Below, in pieces: positions 36,670 to 50,289 of a stretch of 64,000 nt of DNA. Made by a program: the position numbers and the translations under genes. Source of the stretch: Octopus vulgaris (taxonomy: Eukaryota). The stretch spans positions 134,788,001 to 134,852,000 of the forward strand of contig OX597819.1 of assembly GCA_951406725.2 (NCBI GenBank). The letters run 5' to 3'. Positions within the stretch are counted from its first letter, which is position 1. The number at the start of each line of letters is the position of its first letter. A model generated the notes under the pieces. The model was not told the DNA's origin. It searched no databases and was given only the letters and a program-made list of their open reading frames with translations.

Positions 36670-38425
36670 GATTTCCATAAAGCTCCTAATGGACCATTCT
36701 TACCACATTGTCATGCCTTCTTTGTGTTCACATAGTGCCAATTTCAGGCTGCTTCCACTAACGGTGTTCCATACTCTTTCACCCCTCTTACTACACATTC
36801 TGCTCTTACTATCGGTAGTGTCGTCTGTTTTGCACTTAACGCTTGTTCCTGAGCAGCGCATATGAGTGCTTCTGTCTCTATCTTCAGGTCACTCCTCTTC
36901 ATCCAGAGCCACCAGTCCTTTCTATCTGTCTTAACAGTCACACCTCTTGCAAACTGATCCAACATTTTCTTTTCCTTCCATGCTTTTTCTTTATTTTCTT
37001 TCATTTCTTGTTTAAATTTTTCTTTCCTTACACAATTTTCAGTTTTGATGACGCCAGCCTTCTTCATGTGTTTGAACAGTGGCTCCACGGCATTTTTTAT
37101 ATCCCACCCTGATCTGTTTTCCTCTTCTGCAATACAATCCTGGCAACTGATCAAACCTCTCCCACCCTTTCTTCTGGACAAGTACAGTCTATCGGCATCA
37201 CTCTTAGGGTAGAAGGATCCATGAACTGTCAACATTTTTCTGGTTTTGGCATCTATTTTCTTCACATCTCTCTTTTGCTATTTTATAATTCCTGCTCCAT
37301 ACCAAAGTGATGTTGTCACTCATGTATTAACTGCAGTCAATTATGACCACAACACCAACCTCAGTCTTTGGAATTACTCTATCCTCAGTTGCTCTTTCAT
37401 TTCCATTTCCATTTCCATTATCTCATTGAACTTTAGTACGCCATGGTATCCTTCTGTTTCAATTTCTTTAATCAAGTCTCTCTTCAGTAATTCTGTCCCT
37501 GCTAGAGACTATACCTTGCCTCTTTTTAGGTAGATTATTCTGCACTTCTTGAGTCCAAATTCAATTCTAATGTCAGTAGTAAAACAGTGGACTGTGTTCA
37601 CCAGGGGACTCATTTGTGTCTCATCCTTGCCATCCTCCATGAAGTGGAGGTGGTTGATTGTTTGGGATTTTTCCTTTAGTTGATACCTCAGGTTCATTTC
37701 CATAAGTACCAATGTCAGATGTATTATGCAGAGAACAAAAAGCAACAGAGATAGGCTATCACCCTGGAAAATCCCTCTTCTGATACCCAGGGTGCCTAAG
37801 CTTTTTTCCATAAGATGTCAGTTCAGTTTTCCATCCCACCATACTTCTCTTCAGGAAACACGTTACATTCCTCCCAATTCCAAACAGATCCAAGCATTCG
37901 ATGATCCACGAATGTGGAATCGTATCATAAGCTTTGCAATAGTCATTCCAGGCCATTCCCAAATTTGTTCTCCTTCGTTTACAATCTTGCATTACCATTT
38001 TGTCTACCAACAGTTGATCTTCAGTATCTCTGCATCTCCTTCTACAACCTTTTTGTTCTGTTGGTAATATATCATTCTCATCAAGAAATTTATACAGTTC
38101 TTTTGCAATTCCTCCTGACAGTAACCTACACATTAATGGGAGGCAGGTAATTGGTCTGTAATTGTCAGCATTTCCCTTCTGGCACAACACCAGCTCAAGA
38201 TTTCTTCTTCTCCATTGATCAATGCATTAAATTACTTTGTGATCAATTCATAGCAACTACTGGATTTTCTTTTTATCCAAAATCCCTGTACACCATCAGA
38301 TCCTGCTACGTTCTTCCAATTGCTTATCTCTTTACTCATATTTCTGGTATTGTCTTCTGTGAGGTGGATAGCTTTTTGCTGAGGATAAAAAGCTTTTTGC
38401 TTTAGGCTGCAGAGCCATTCAGCTG
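36670..38425 (-). mobile_element. R4/Dong-like RLE non-LTR retrotransposon fragment
   Basis: [59 protein letters not shown]; 5' end abuts (TTA)n. Confidence 0.85.
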
Positions 38426-38457
38426 TAGTATTATTATTATTATTATTATTATTATGG

Positions 38458-39795
38458 ATGTGGAAGCAAGGTTTAGAATCAAAGGGCCTTAGAGTAAATG
38501 TAGCAAAGACCAAAGTTATAGCAAGCGTAAAGGCGAACTCAGCACACACACCCTCGGGCAGGTGGCCCTGCTTGATCTGTAGGAAAGGTGTAGGTAGAAA
38601 CTCCATAAGTTGTACCCAGTGTAAGCTATGGATGCATAAGAGGTGCAGCAACATCAAAGGGAAATTAACTGATAAGATAGCTTTCATGTGCAGCAGATGC
38701 ACAGGGACAATAAACACCACAGATACTCAGAAAACAGATTCCATCACACTCCAGGGGGAGAAACTAGAAGTAGTTGATAGTTTCCGCTACCTAGGTGACC
38801 AAGTTAGTACTGGAGGTGGATGCTCAGAGAGTGTCACCACTAGAATACGAATAGCCTGGGCAAAGTTTAGAAAGCTTCTACCCCTACTGGTGACAAAGGG
38901 TCTCTCGCTCAGAGTGAAAGGTAGATTGTATGATGCATGTGTGCGAACTGCCATGTTTCACTACCGTGAAACATGGGCTGTGACTGCAGAGGACATGCGT
39001 AGACTTGAAAGAAATGAAGCTAACATGATCCGCTGGTTGTGTAATGTCAGTGTGCACTCACAACAGAGTGTAAGTGCCCTGAGAGAAATACTGGACATAA
39101 GAAGCATCAGATGTGGTGTGCAAGAGAGACGCTTGCGATGGTATGGTCATGTACTGCGGATGGATGAGGAGAGATGTGTGAAGAAGTGCCACTCCCAAAC
39201 AGTTGAAGGAATCAGGGCTAGAGGTAGACCCAGGAAGACATGGGATGAGGTAGTCAAGCATGACCTCAGAGCGTTGGGCCTCACAGAAGCAATGACGAAG
39301 GACCGAGATCTCTGGAGATATGCTGTGACTGCAAAGACCCAGGCTGCTTCCTGCACCAGTTCCGCATAGCCCCAGCCCATTCAAAGTACCTTGGATTCCA
39401 GAACATCCCGCTGTGCTTGAGGAGACCTATTGAGTCAAGTACATGAACATCAAAATAAATATCAATGGAAATAGTAGTTGTGATACCTGTGCTGGTGGCA
39501 CGTAAAAAGCACCATCCAAACGTGGCTGATGCCAGCGCCGCCTTGACTGGCTTCTGTGCCGGTGGCACGTAAAAAGCACCATCTGATAGTGGCCGCTGCC
39601 AAACTCCCCTGGCACCTGTGCCGGTGGCACATAAAAAGCACCCACTACGCTCACGGAGTGGTTGGCATCAGGAAAGGCATCCAGCTGTAGAAACACTGCC
39701 AGATCAGACTGGAGCCTGGTGCAGCCTTCTGGCTTCCCAAACCCCGGTCAAACTATCCAACCCATGCTAGCACGGAAAACGGACGTTAAACGCCG
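38458..39795 (+). mobile_element. RTE-clade LINE, young 5'-truncated copy (303-aa open frame plus 3'UTR)
   Basis: GLRVNVAKTKV, VDSFRYLGD, AWAKFRKLLPLL, RRLRWYGHVLRM, GRPRKTW; 3'UTR is the family A sequence. Confidence 0.95.
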
Positions 39796-39849
39796 CCGCC
39801 GTCGTCGTTGTTGTTGCTGCTGCTGCTCTTCTTCTTCTTCTTCTTCTTC

Positions 39850-40604
39850 AGTAGTCTTATTTTTATCGCATGCTTTCACTGCACTACCAAGTGCAGCTCT
39901 GTGTGCTGTGAGTTGTTGTGATGCTCTTATTTTTACTATATTGAAAGTGTTTTACGTAGGAGCTGTGCAGTGCCTAGTAGTGCTTTTTTTTTTGTTATAT
40001 ATACTTGTTAGTCCTGGTGTTTTTATTATGTATTTGTCTGAATATTTTTTTATCATACCTAACACACCTACTATGATAGGAATTGTTTCTGTTTTTAGAT
40101 GCCACATTCAAGCCAACTCTATTTCTAGATCTTTGTATTTTGAAAGTTTCTCCATTTCTTTTAGAGAAACATTATCATCTGTTGGTATATTGATACGTCA
40201 ATTAGAAAGCATATTTTTTTCTTGGTGATCTCTAACAACTATATCCAGCCTATTGGCCTTAATACCTCTATCTGTATTGGTGTGTCCAAGAGTATGGTTG
40301 CTTTCTCATTTTCTTTGACCTCTTCTGGCATGTGCCTATACCATTTTTTTCTGTTGTTATTCCATAGTGTTGGCATAGCTTCCTGTGTATATAGGTCCCA
40401 ACTCTGTCGTGTCTGTGAATATATTCCTTCTTTGCCAGGACTGGGAAGCCAGAGACAATATGATTTATTGTTTCTTTTCCGTCTCTACATATTCTGCAGT
40501 TACTTGTTATATTTCTTTTCATTACATATTTTTGGTAATTTCTGCTTTGAGTCCTCAGCTTCTCAGCCATTGTGGGGATTTTACTTTGTCTATTTCTTTT
40601 CTGT
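39850..40604 (-). mobile_element. R4/Dong-like RLE element 3' fragment
   Basis: CRICRDGKETINHIVSG..YIHRHDRVG zinc-knuckle region and downstream RLE-like sequence. Confidence 0.8.
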
Positions 40605-41395
40605 CTAGTTTAAGCTAGCTCCTGTGGAGAGCTCTTCATTGGGCCTTTGGCCCAACAATGACACTTCATGCATTGAGTACATATTAAATTTCACTAAACT
40701 TGAACAATATTTTTCAAGCAATGAACAATTTTCGTCATTTGTCAACTTGGAACTTGGTGCAAAGCTTCATCATAAACAACATTTTTTGTCTTCCCATTCC
40801 CGGAGTCAGTACAAATAACTTGTTTCCATTCCTTATCCTTGAACAACCAACATATAGTCTTTTCATATTCTCTGCATTTGAAGCCCTCCTGGCTGCCGTT
40901 TGATTATGGTTTTCATTTGCACAGGACTTTCTTTCCCTCTCTGCTTGCTCTTTTCCTTGCAATCTGGTCCTCTCTTGGCAGAGATTTATTTTTGCAAAGC
41001 ATTTTGTTGCCGTATGCGATAGACAACAATAAACTTACCTTGTAAAAGTTCAACAATAATTCTTCTGTCACCACTTGATTTTAAGACAATTTGATGTATG
41101 TAGGGCCTTACTTTTCATACAAACAATTATCTTTGGTAGCTGATACCTATCTAAACTCCTGTTCATAGTTTGAAGGAAAATTACACGACTGTCGCTAAAC
41201 ACTATTTTAAAGTGCGATTTTTATGGTTTGGAATTGCTCTAAACGTATTTGACCATAAAAGATGTTTGAAATTTGTGAGAGAGGGGTAAAACATGAGGAA
41301 TAGAAGTGTCATTGAATAGTGAGAGAGGAAGTCAAAGGAGTAAAGTTGTAAAAGTGTGACACACTGACATTCGCTTTTGCATTTATTATTATAGA
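40605..41395 (-). mobile_element. Internally deleted Helitron
   Basis: 5' A|TCTATAATAATAA; 3' hairpins (ttgggcc-aaa-ggcccaa; agctc..gagct) then CTAG; LYVGCSRI..LFVL matches the PIF1/RepHel C-terminal motif. Confidence 0.75.
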
Positions 41396-41399
41396 TGGA

Positions 41400-41665
41400 G
41401 TTTTTCTTGCCATCATTTCATGGGTCAAAGGGGCGTGCACTATCAACTATATAGCATATATGGTGCCCCTTGTCCACCACCACAAGGTCTGGTCTGTTAT
41501 GCTCTAACACTTGACCTGTTTGGATTGGGAAATCCCAGAGGATTTTGCTAGTCCCCAACTCCTTCGCTCACCGTGGTTTGTGCTCATACCACATTTTGCA
41601 TCTCTCCAGGACCCACTTTTCACACAGTTCCCAGAGTAGCACTTTTGCTACCTGATCATATCACC
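41400..41665 (-). mobile_element. RLE-element fragment (R4/Dong-like)
   Basis: Minus strand: DQVAKVLLWELCEK..WYEHKP..KILWDFPIQT..EHNRPDLVVVDK. Confidence 0.7.
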
Positions 41666-42279
41666 ACAACTGTGATGGGAATAAGTGGGAAGGGCACTTG
41701 AAGTTGGTTAGGAGGGAGCAGCAAAGAGAAAAGGGGTTGAGGAGAAGTGTTGATAGTAGATCATTACCCATGATGAAGGTGTGAGTGAGTGTTGAGTTAA
41801 ACAGGGAACTTAAACAAGAAAGGAGAGAAATATTTTGCTGCATGTTTTAAATAAGTAACAAAAGGAAAGGTAAAGTTGTGTAGTCATTGAGAAGTGAGGT
41901 TGAATTCACTTCAGTCTTTGCTGTTGGAACAAACAAACAAACTAAATTAAATACTTTTTAAATTAAAAAAAATACTTTTTCACTAAAAGAGAGACATGTC
42001 TTAAAACTGACGGGTAATGCGATGTGGGATTTCTGAATATTGAAAGGTAGCCAACGGAAGGATTGATTCAGTAAATCAAAATGTTGAATCACTGCTTTAT
42101 TCTGACTTTATTTGTTGATACGATTGCTTTTCTGCTCGCTGTTTATTCCCCCATCTTCAATTCTACCTGAAATCTATCAATTTAAAACACTTTCTCATTC
42201 ACACCAAATGACAGCTCCTCACATTTTTCTTCGCATAACATTCAAACTTATCCAAATGCATAGCTGTAACAGTTACATA

Positions 42280-42700
42280 ATCATCATCATCATCATCGTT
42301 TAGCATCCGCTTTCCATGCTAGCATGGGTTGGACGATTTTGACTGAGGGCTGGTGAACCAGATGGCTGCACCTGGCTCCAATCTTGATCTGGTAGAGTTT
42401 CTACAGCTGGAGGGCCAGTCAGGCGGTACTGGCAATGACCTTGCTAATATTTTTACACATGCCACTGGCACAGGTGCCAGTAAGGCAATGCTAGTAATGT
42501 TTACGCTCGAATGGAGTCCTTTTACGTGCCACAGCATGGGGGCCAGTCAGGCAGCACTGGCAACGATCTCACTTGAATCTTTTTACACATGTCACTGGCA
42601 CAGGTGCCAGTAAGGCGACACTGGTAACGATCATGCTCGAATGGTGTCCTTTTACATGCCACCGGCACGGAAGCCAGTTAGCCGCTCTGGCAACAATCTG
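42280..42700 (-). mobile_element. Family A repeat with several internal tandem units
   Basis: Repeated 'tttacatgccactggcacagg' units. Confidence 0.8.
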
Positions 42701-42887
42701 GCAATGTTTCTGCTAATTAAAAAATGGTGTTTCTTTTAAGTATTTTTATTTTGTAAAATTTTATAAATTTATTAAATAATGTAGGTTATTACATTTATTT
42801 TTTATGGAACCATCTCAATAAATCTAGCAGATGTGAAATAATATCTTTTCAGAAATATAAATTTTATTTCTACAATTTTTATTATAG

Positions 42888-43051
42888 GACAAAGAGATCT
42901 ACTGACCCTGAATCCCTGAAAGTCCTTTATACAGTTTATGGAAATGCTATTAATCAAACACAACTGGAAAATTTGCTGAAAAGTAGTTGCGGTGTAGACT
43001 GTTGTAACTTCAATGGTTTATGTGTTGCCCCGAATTCTTTACAAATAAATG
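42888..43051 (+). CDS. Exon 10: SEA-like domain, C-part (TKRSTDPESLKVLYTVYG...SSCGVDCCNFNGLCVAPNSLQIN)
   Basis: ttatag acceptor, G|gtaagc donor, phase 2 to 1, open frame. Confidence 0.85.
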
Positions 43052-43705
43052 GTAAGCACTTTCTGTCATATTGCATCCATTTTTTCTATGCTGCCATAAA
43101 TTGGATAATCTTTCAATTTTTGTATTTTCTCCTGAATCATTTAATCAGATAAGTATTTTAATAAAGGGCTCCTTGTTTTAATGCTAAACGTTTCAACCAT
43201 GATGTGTAATCGCAACCAATTTTTTTCAGTTTGCAATCTATCTTGTAACAATTATAACAGAGTTTACAACTTGTCACCAAAGAAATCATTTCTATATCGC
43301 AGCAAGTCTGCCTTATGAACTGAACTACAACAATTGTAGTTCAGATTAATGAATTTACAAATTTAACTCATGTTAAACTTATATTTGTGTTAGTAAAAGA
43401 GTCTGTACTTTTATTTGCCAAGCTCAATTCTTGTATGACTTCATACTTCCATGTGATTGTTTGACGTACGGGTTTGATTGTATGAATATCACATTCTAAC
43501 TTTCCTAGTTTAATACAAATGAATCAACAACAAAAAAATTAAATTGATTGAATGAAATCTGAAAGAAAAAGATTCTATCATATTCTGTTGTCATGTTTTG
43601 TTGAGAACATTCCTAATGTATCGTTTAGTTCGGTTCATCTCTAAAGTCTACTTGAACTGGCAGAAAACTTTCAGGAGTCATATTAATGAAATGGCTAAAC
43701 AAATG

Positions 43706-43768
43706 AAATGTCTTACTTAATCTATAAATTGTCTTACTTAATCTATAAATTGTCTTATTTAATCTATA
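43706..43768. repeat. 21-bp tandem repeat, 3 copies
   Basis: aattgtcttacttaatctata x3. Confidence 0.85.
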
Positions 43769-44234
43769 ATCCAAAAGTCCTAACCATTTTTAGCTTCTAC
43801 AGAAGCCTCATGTGTCCTAAATGTAAGGCAATTTTGTGTTACTCATTTTCTGCCATTAGAAAAGTAATAAAACACCTAGACAAATATCTCCAGGCTCTTA
43901 GAAGATTATATTTTTTACCAAATACTGAATAAAATGGTCCAAGATAGTTTTATTACAAGGGCTTAGGAAAATTCTTCCCCAACATTTACTTGAAAATGAT
44001 AGTTCAGATCTAGAGATCAGAGCTAATCAAACTCACTTTTGTAATTTTCTCAGATAATCTCAGAATTACATAATGTGGTCAGTCCCATGCCTCTAAATAT
44101 TGCTTTAATGTCTCACTGTGATTGGCCTGGTTTTTTCTGGAAGTCTCTTGTGGTTAAAATATGTAATCACTGAAAGAGTATCCAGTCAGAGCCAAGATCT
44201 TCAAAGAACAACTTCCTTCTCCAGTTAACATGAA

Positions 44235-44397
44235 CTGTTTGCTTCCAAACCACAGGGCTGTGGGTTTGGTCCCACTACATGGCACCTTGGGCAAGTGTCT
44301 TCCACTATAGCTTCAAGCTAACCAATGCCTTGTGTGTGGATTTAATTGAGGGAAACTAAAAGAAGCCTGTTTATATATACATATATGTGTGCATATA

Positions 44398-44429
<32 letters not shown>

Positions 44430-44700
44430 CGTATATGTGTATATATGTATGTATATGTGTATGTGTATATATGTGTGTGTGCATGTATGTATGTATGTGT
44501 ATCTTTGCATCTGTGTTTGCTCCTCTGCTGCTTGACAACAAGTGTTAGTGTGTTTAGGCTCCTGTGACCTAGTGGTTCAGCAAAAGAGATTGATAGAATA
44601 AGTACTAGGCTTCAAAAAGTACTGGGATCGATTCAGTTGATCAAAATTTCTTCGAAGCAGTGCCCTAGCATGGCCACAGTCTAATGACTGAAACTAGATT
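44235..44700 (+). mobile_element. Family B SINE, older copy
   Basis: ggcaccttgggcaagtgtctt..., internal microsatellite, tail gcatggccacagtctaatgactgaaac. Confidence 0.8.
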
Positions 44701-45134
44701 AAAATAAATGAGTCAGGGCAGTTAAGAAAGCACTTTCTAAGGTAGAAATGAATGCCTCAGATGTAAGCAGTGCTTCCACATTGAACTAAAAACTTTACAT
44801 TATTGCTATGTCTTGTCTTTCTGACCAGCCACAGCAATAATGATGGCAGTGATTGAATACTAGAAAATATTATTTGAATAACTACTATTTAACTTTGACA
44901 CTGGATCAGCAATCACCCACTTCTACATTCATTAACAAACATTACTACCTTGTCAATGCTATTTATCATTTTGGCATGAAAAACACTTCTTATAATTCTC
45001 TTTTTGTGATTACATTCATCTGTCAAATCTGAGACAGTTGCAGTCCAAAACACAATGTTCTCTTTGCCAGGGGATTTACAGCAATATTTTTAATATTTTC
45101 TCCTTTTTTTTTTTTTTTTGATAATGTTTTGTAG

Positions 45135-45266
45135 CCCAAGATATGTGCAATGAAAACATTTGTGATTCAATGAGTACAAACTGTACACAAGAGGAAAAGG
45201 GTTTTAGATGTGTTTGTAAACCAGGTTTTGAGACTTCTCCCCAATATGACTTGTTTAAATGTAAAG
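45135..45266 (+). CDS. Exon 11: EGF (QDMCNENICDSMSTNCTQEEKGFRCVCKPGFETSPQYDLFKCK)
   Basis: ttgtag acceptor, G|gtaagt donor, 132 nt, 6 Cys. Confidence 0.92.
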
Positions 45267-45546
45267 GTAAGTGCAACATTAGGGTCAAAGAGTGGAAATA
45301 AATTAAAGTTAAACAGAGTAAAAAAAAAAAAAAAAGTTAATTCTATTTGCTCTAATTTTTCTAATTATTAATTTTGCAAAGAGATTATTTTAATGCTTTC
45401 CAGTGAATAGAAAATTTTATTATAAAAATAATTTTGACATAGATATTGCCAAGTATTTATTATATGTGGATAAAGCCTTATGTAACATTTAATCCACTCT
45501 CTAAATTCAATATAAACCTTTCACAATTTGAAGAACATCTGGATCA

Positions 45547-46292
45547 GGATCTTTTCTGTTTGGTTGCCAGCAGCACTAAAAATTAAAGTTTACCAAAAAT
45601 TCTAAAATTTGACACAATAATACACTTGCTTAAGCTGAATTGCTGGGGTTATTTCATTTTTACCAGAAAAATGTTTTTAAAAAGTCATAGAGGTTTTAAA
45701 GTTTCATAATTTTCACCAAGGAAACAGGATTTTGAAGCTGTCATTTTCTGCGTCATCAACATCCTCAAAATAGCACACGTTGTCAGTATTTATAAACAAC
45801 ATGTGTTATGTCTCTAGTAATTTTCTTTCATGTAAATAAATATTCATCTTAATTCGAAAGAGAAAACAGTTTTAAACCTCTGAGCGAGATGTTGGCAAAT
45901 AAACTTTAATGTAAAAGATTTATCAAAAAAATCTTATTTAGCTGTTATTTTTAGCACATTTCACAACCACCTCAATGTCCAATGACAAAAAGAAATGAGT
46001 AAAGAAGACTGCTGTCAACACATGCTTCCTTGCAGACTTTTCAAAGACTATTACTACAGCAACAGGCAAAAGAGTTTTCAAGTTAACTATCGAAATTGAT
46101 ATGAATGTGTCTGTGGCTTACAATCGGCTAAAATTACCAAAATTTTCGAACTTAAATTTCCAATAACTCTTTATTTATTGATCTTCCACATCATTAATTA
46201 GCCTATGAAAGTGTATCATTACACTGAATATGAAATCAATTCAAACAGACAATTGATGCTGGCCACCACTGGCAACCAAACAGAAAAGATCC
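45547..46292. mobile_element. Non-autonomous DNA element with perfect 24-bp TIRs
   Basis: ggatcttttctgtttggttgccag / ctggcaaccaaacagaaaagatcc. Confidence 0.8.
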
Positions 46293-46341
46293 CTGGCTTT
46301 TATAAATTAATGATTGTAATGTTGTGGTTTTTCTAATTTAG

Positions 46342-46464
46342 ATATTGATGAATGCAACACTATTCAACCTTGTGGAAGTATCCCTTGCTCAAATACATTT
46401 GGTGGTTACAAATGTTTATGTAAATCTGGTCATGTCTTTAAGAATAAAAGTAAATCTTGTGTTG
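46342..46464 (+). CDS. Exon 12: calcium-binding EGF (DIDECNTIQPCGSIPCSNTFGGYKCLCKSGHVFKNKSKSCV)
   Basis: tttag acceptor, G|gtgagt donor, 123 nt; cbEGF consensus. Confidence 0.95.
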
Positions 46465-46498
46465 GTGAGTATTTTTATCATATGCCATATGCCCATGA

Positions 46499-46502
<4 letters not shown>

Positions 46503-46571
<69 letters not shown>
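46503..46571. repeat. (AAT)n microsatellite
   Basis: Direct observation. Confidence 0.95.
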
Positions 46572-47740
46572 TACTTGTGCAGACTGAGATTGATCCTTAA
46601 GTCGAAATTAAACACACGGAATAAGATCGAAGCTATCAACACCTGGGTGGTTTCACTCCTTAGATATGGAGCAGGGGTAATCGCATGGACAGTAGACGAA
46701 GTAAACAGCTTAGACAGAAAGACACGGAAGTTGCTAACTAGATATGGGTCACTCCACCCAAAATGTGACACAGACAGACTGTATGTACCAAGAAAAAGAG
46801 AGGGAAGAGGACTTATTGGATGCAAACAAAGCATGGTATGTAAAAATGCCACAGAACCACTATTATTAGAAGTAAGAAGGTCAGGCTTGTGTAGGATGAA
46901 AGATTGCAAAGATAAAGCCCTGTACAAGCAATTGAAAACAAATGAAACTGAAAATAGGTGGTTAAAGAAAAGAATGCATGGACAATTTCATAGAGATGTT
47001 GAAGATAAGACAGACAGAGGAAAAAAGATGGCTGTGGATGACTAAAAGGGATTTAAAACCAGAAACAGAGGCTCTAATCTTTGCTGCCCAGGAGCAAACA
47101 CTAAGAGCAAACTACATAAAATAGAGAATAGACAACACAGCAGAAAGTGATAAGTGCAGAATCTGTGCACAAAATGGTGAAACTGTATGGCATATTACCA
47201 GCCAATGTATGTCACTAGCTCAGAAGGAATATGAGATGCCACAACAATATAGCCAGGTTTGTCCATTGGGCACTTTGCAACAAATATAGACTTAACAGAG
47301 CAAAAAATTGGTACAACCACAAACCTGAAGGCATTGTTGAAAATAGAAATGCAAAGATCCTATGGGATTTTATGATTCAGTGCGACCATGAGATAGAGAA
47401 TAGGAAGCCAGACAAAGTCTTAATTGAGAAAGAAAACAAACTATGCTGGATCATAGATATAGCATGCCCAACTGACAACAAGGTATGCGATAAAGAAGAA
47501 AGAAAAGTCGAGAGATATGACAGGTTGGCTTGGGGAGTCGAGCAGTTGTGGTCGGTGAAAAAGGTAGCAGTAGTACCAATAATTGTCGGAGCCCTGGGAA
47601 CAGTGAGTAAAAATCTTGAGGAGTACATAGAACAAATAGGGGCTGCAATAAGGGTGAAGCACTTGCAGAAAACAGCACTGCTTGGAACTGCTCGAATACT
47701 CCAGAAGGTGCTCAAAAAATAAGAGGTGTTACCTTAGTTC
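46572..47740 (+). mobile_element. R4/Dong-like RLE retrotransposon, 3' 1.2 kb
   Basis: DRLYVPRKREGRGL, CRIC..ETVWHI..C, RKPD..WIIDIACP.D..KE..KVERY (RLE nuclease), VVPIIVGALG. Confidence 0.9.
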
Positions 47741-47741
47741 A

Positions 47742-49203
<1,462 letters not shown>

Positions 49204-49336
49204 CTGGTAATGAACAGCTGACTCTGTAATACATCTCCAGCATTAGAAGCTGTGCAAAGGCAATGATAATAATAATAACAACAACAACATCGAAAAATAC
49301 CTTAGGAATGAAAACCCAGGTTCAAAATGTTCCCAA

Positions 49337-49382
49337 GACACCTGATGAAGGCTGGAGGGTAAATCAGCCGAAACATTGTGTT
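49337..49382 (+). ncRNA. Minimal Penelope-type hammerhead motif
   Basis: GACAC-CUGAUGA-a-GGCUG-(10 nt)-CAGCC-GAAAC-AUU-GUGUU; probably CpG-decayed GAAACGUU. Confidence 0.6.
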
Positions 49383-50289
49383 AACAAACAAGATGAGGAC
49401 AAATATCTGTCAAATGTAAATAATTTACATAATTCTTCATCTGTTAAATATAGAACCATAAAGTAGTAATATATATCCTGCCACAAAAATCACAGATTAT
49501 GCTGATCATTTAGTGCCACTCTTTGGTCTAATAAGCCAAGGAGAAACCCTTTTGCATAGTCTTCAATATTCAGCCAAAGGTATCAGTCTCCATGTTAACT
49601 CAGACTAAATAAGCTTTAATCAAAACGGAACGATCCAAACGGTATCTGGCACTCCTCTCAACTGTGTAGAAAAATTACTTATCTTGGTAGTAAAAATTTT
49701 AGCTATGAAAGCAATGTAATCAGATAGATTGGTAAAACCTGGGGTGCCATGCCCCTCCCAAATGCTTCTTAGTAATGGAAGCCTTTGCGTCCCTTTCCTT
49801 CTCCGTTCCTTTTTGTTTTGTAAGTTACATGGCAACCTCACTTCACACCAGTGGCATGAAAACAGCACCCATTGCACTCTGTAAAGTAGTTGGCACTAGG
49901 AAGGACATCCAGCTGTAGAAACCATACCAAAAAGGATACTGGAACTCAACGTAGCCCTGCAGCTCATTGATTCCTTGGCAAACCATCCTTGCTATGCCAG
50001 CTTGGAATGTAGACGTCACATGACGATGCTGAAGTTGTTATTCACACTGATTCTACATCTGTTATTCTGTTATTTATCTTTAGATCTGATCTTCTTACCG
50101 TTTCTTCCTATGTCGTCTTTCGTCACAGACACTCTCCACTATCAGCCAAGTCTACTCATTCATCCAGCACTCATCATCTTTTCATATCACATAGCTAATC
50201 CTGCATTTTTTTCCTGCATACACTTATAAATGTCATTAACATCTAACTGCTCCTTAGTGCTTCACTGTCATTCAAGTCAAGGTTAACAT

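Noticed and set aside
38458-39369. Domesticated host gene (303 aa)
   Set aside because: 5'-truncated RTE ORF lacking the RT catalytic core, followed by the LINE 3'UTR, with several decayed siblings in the window.
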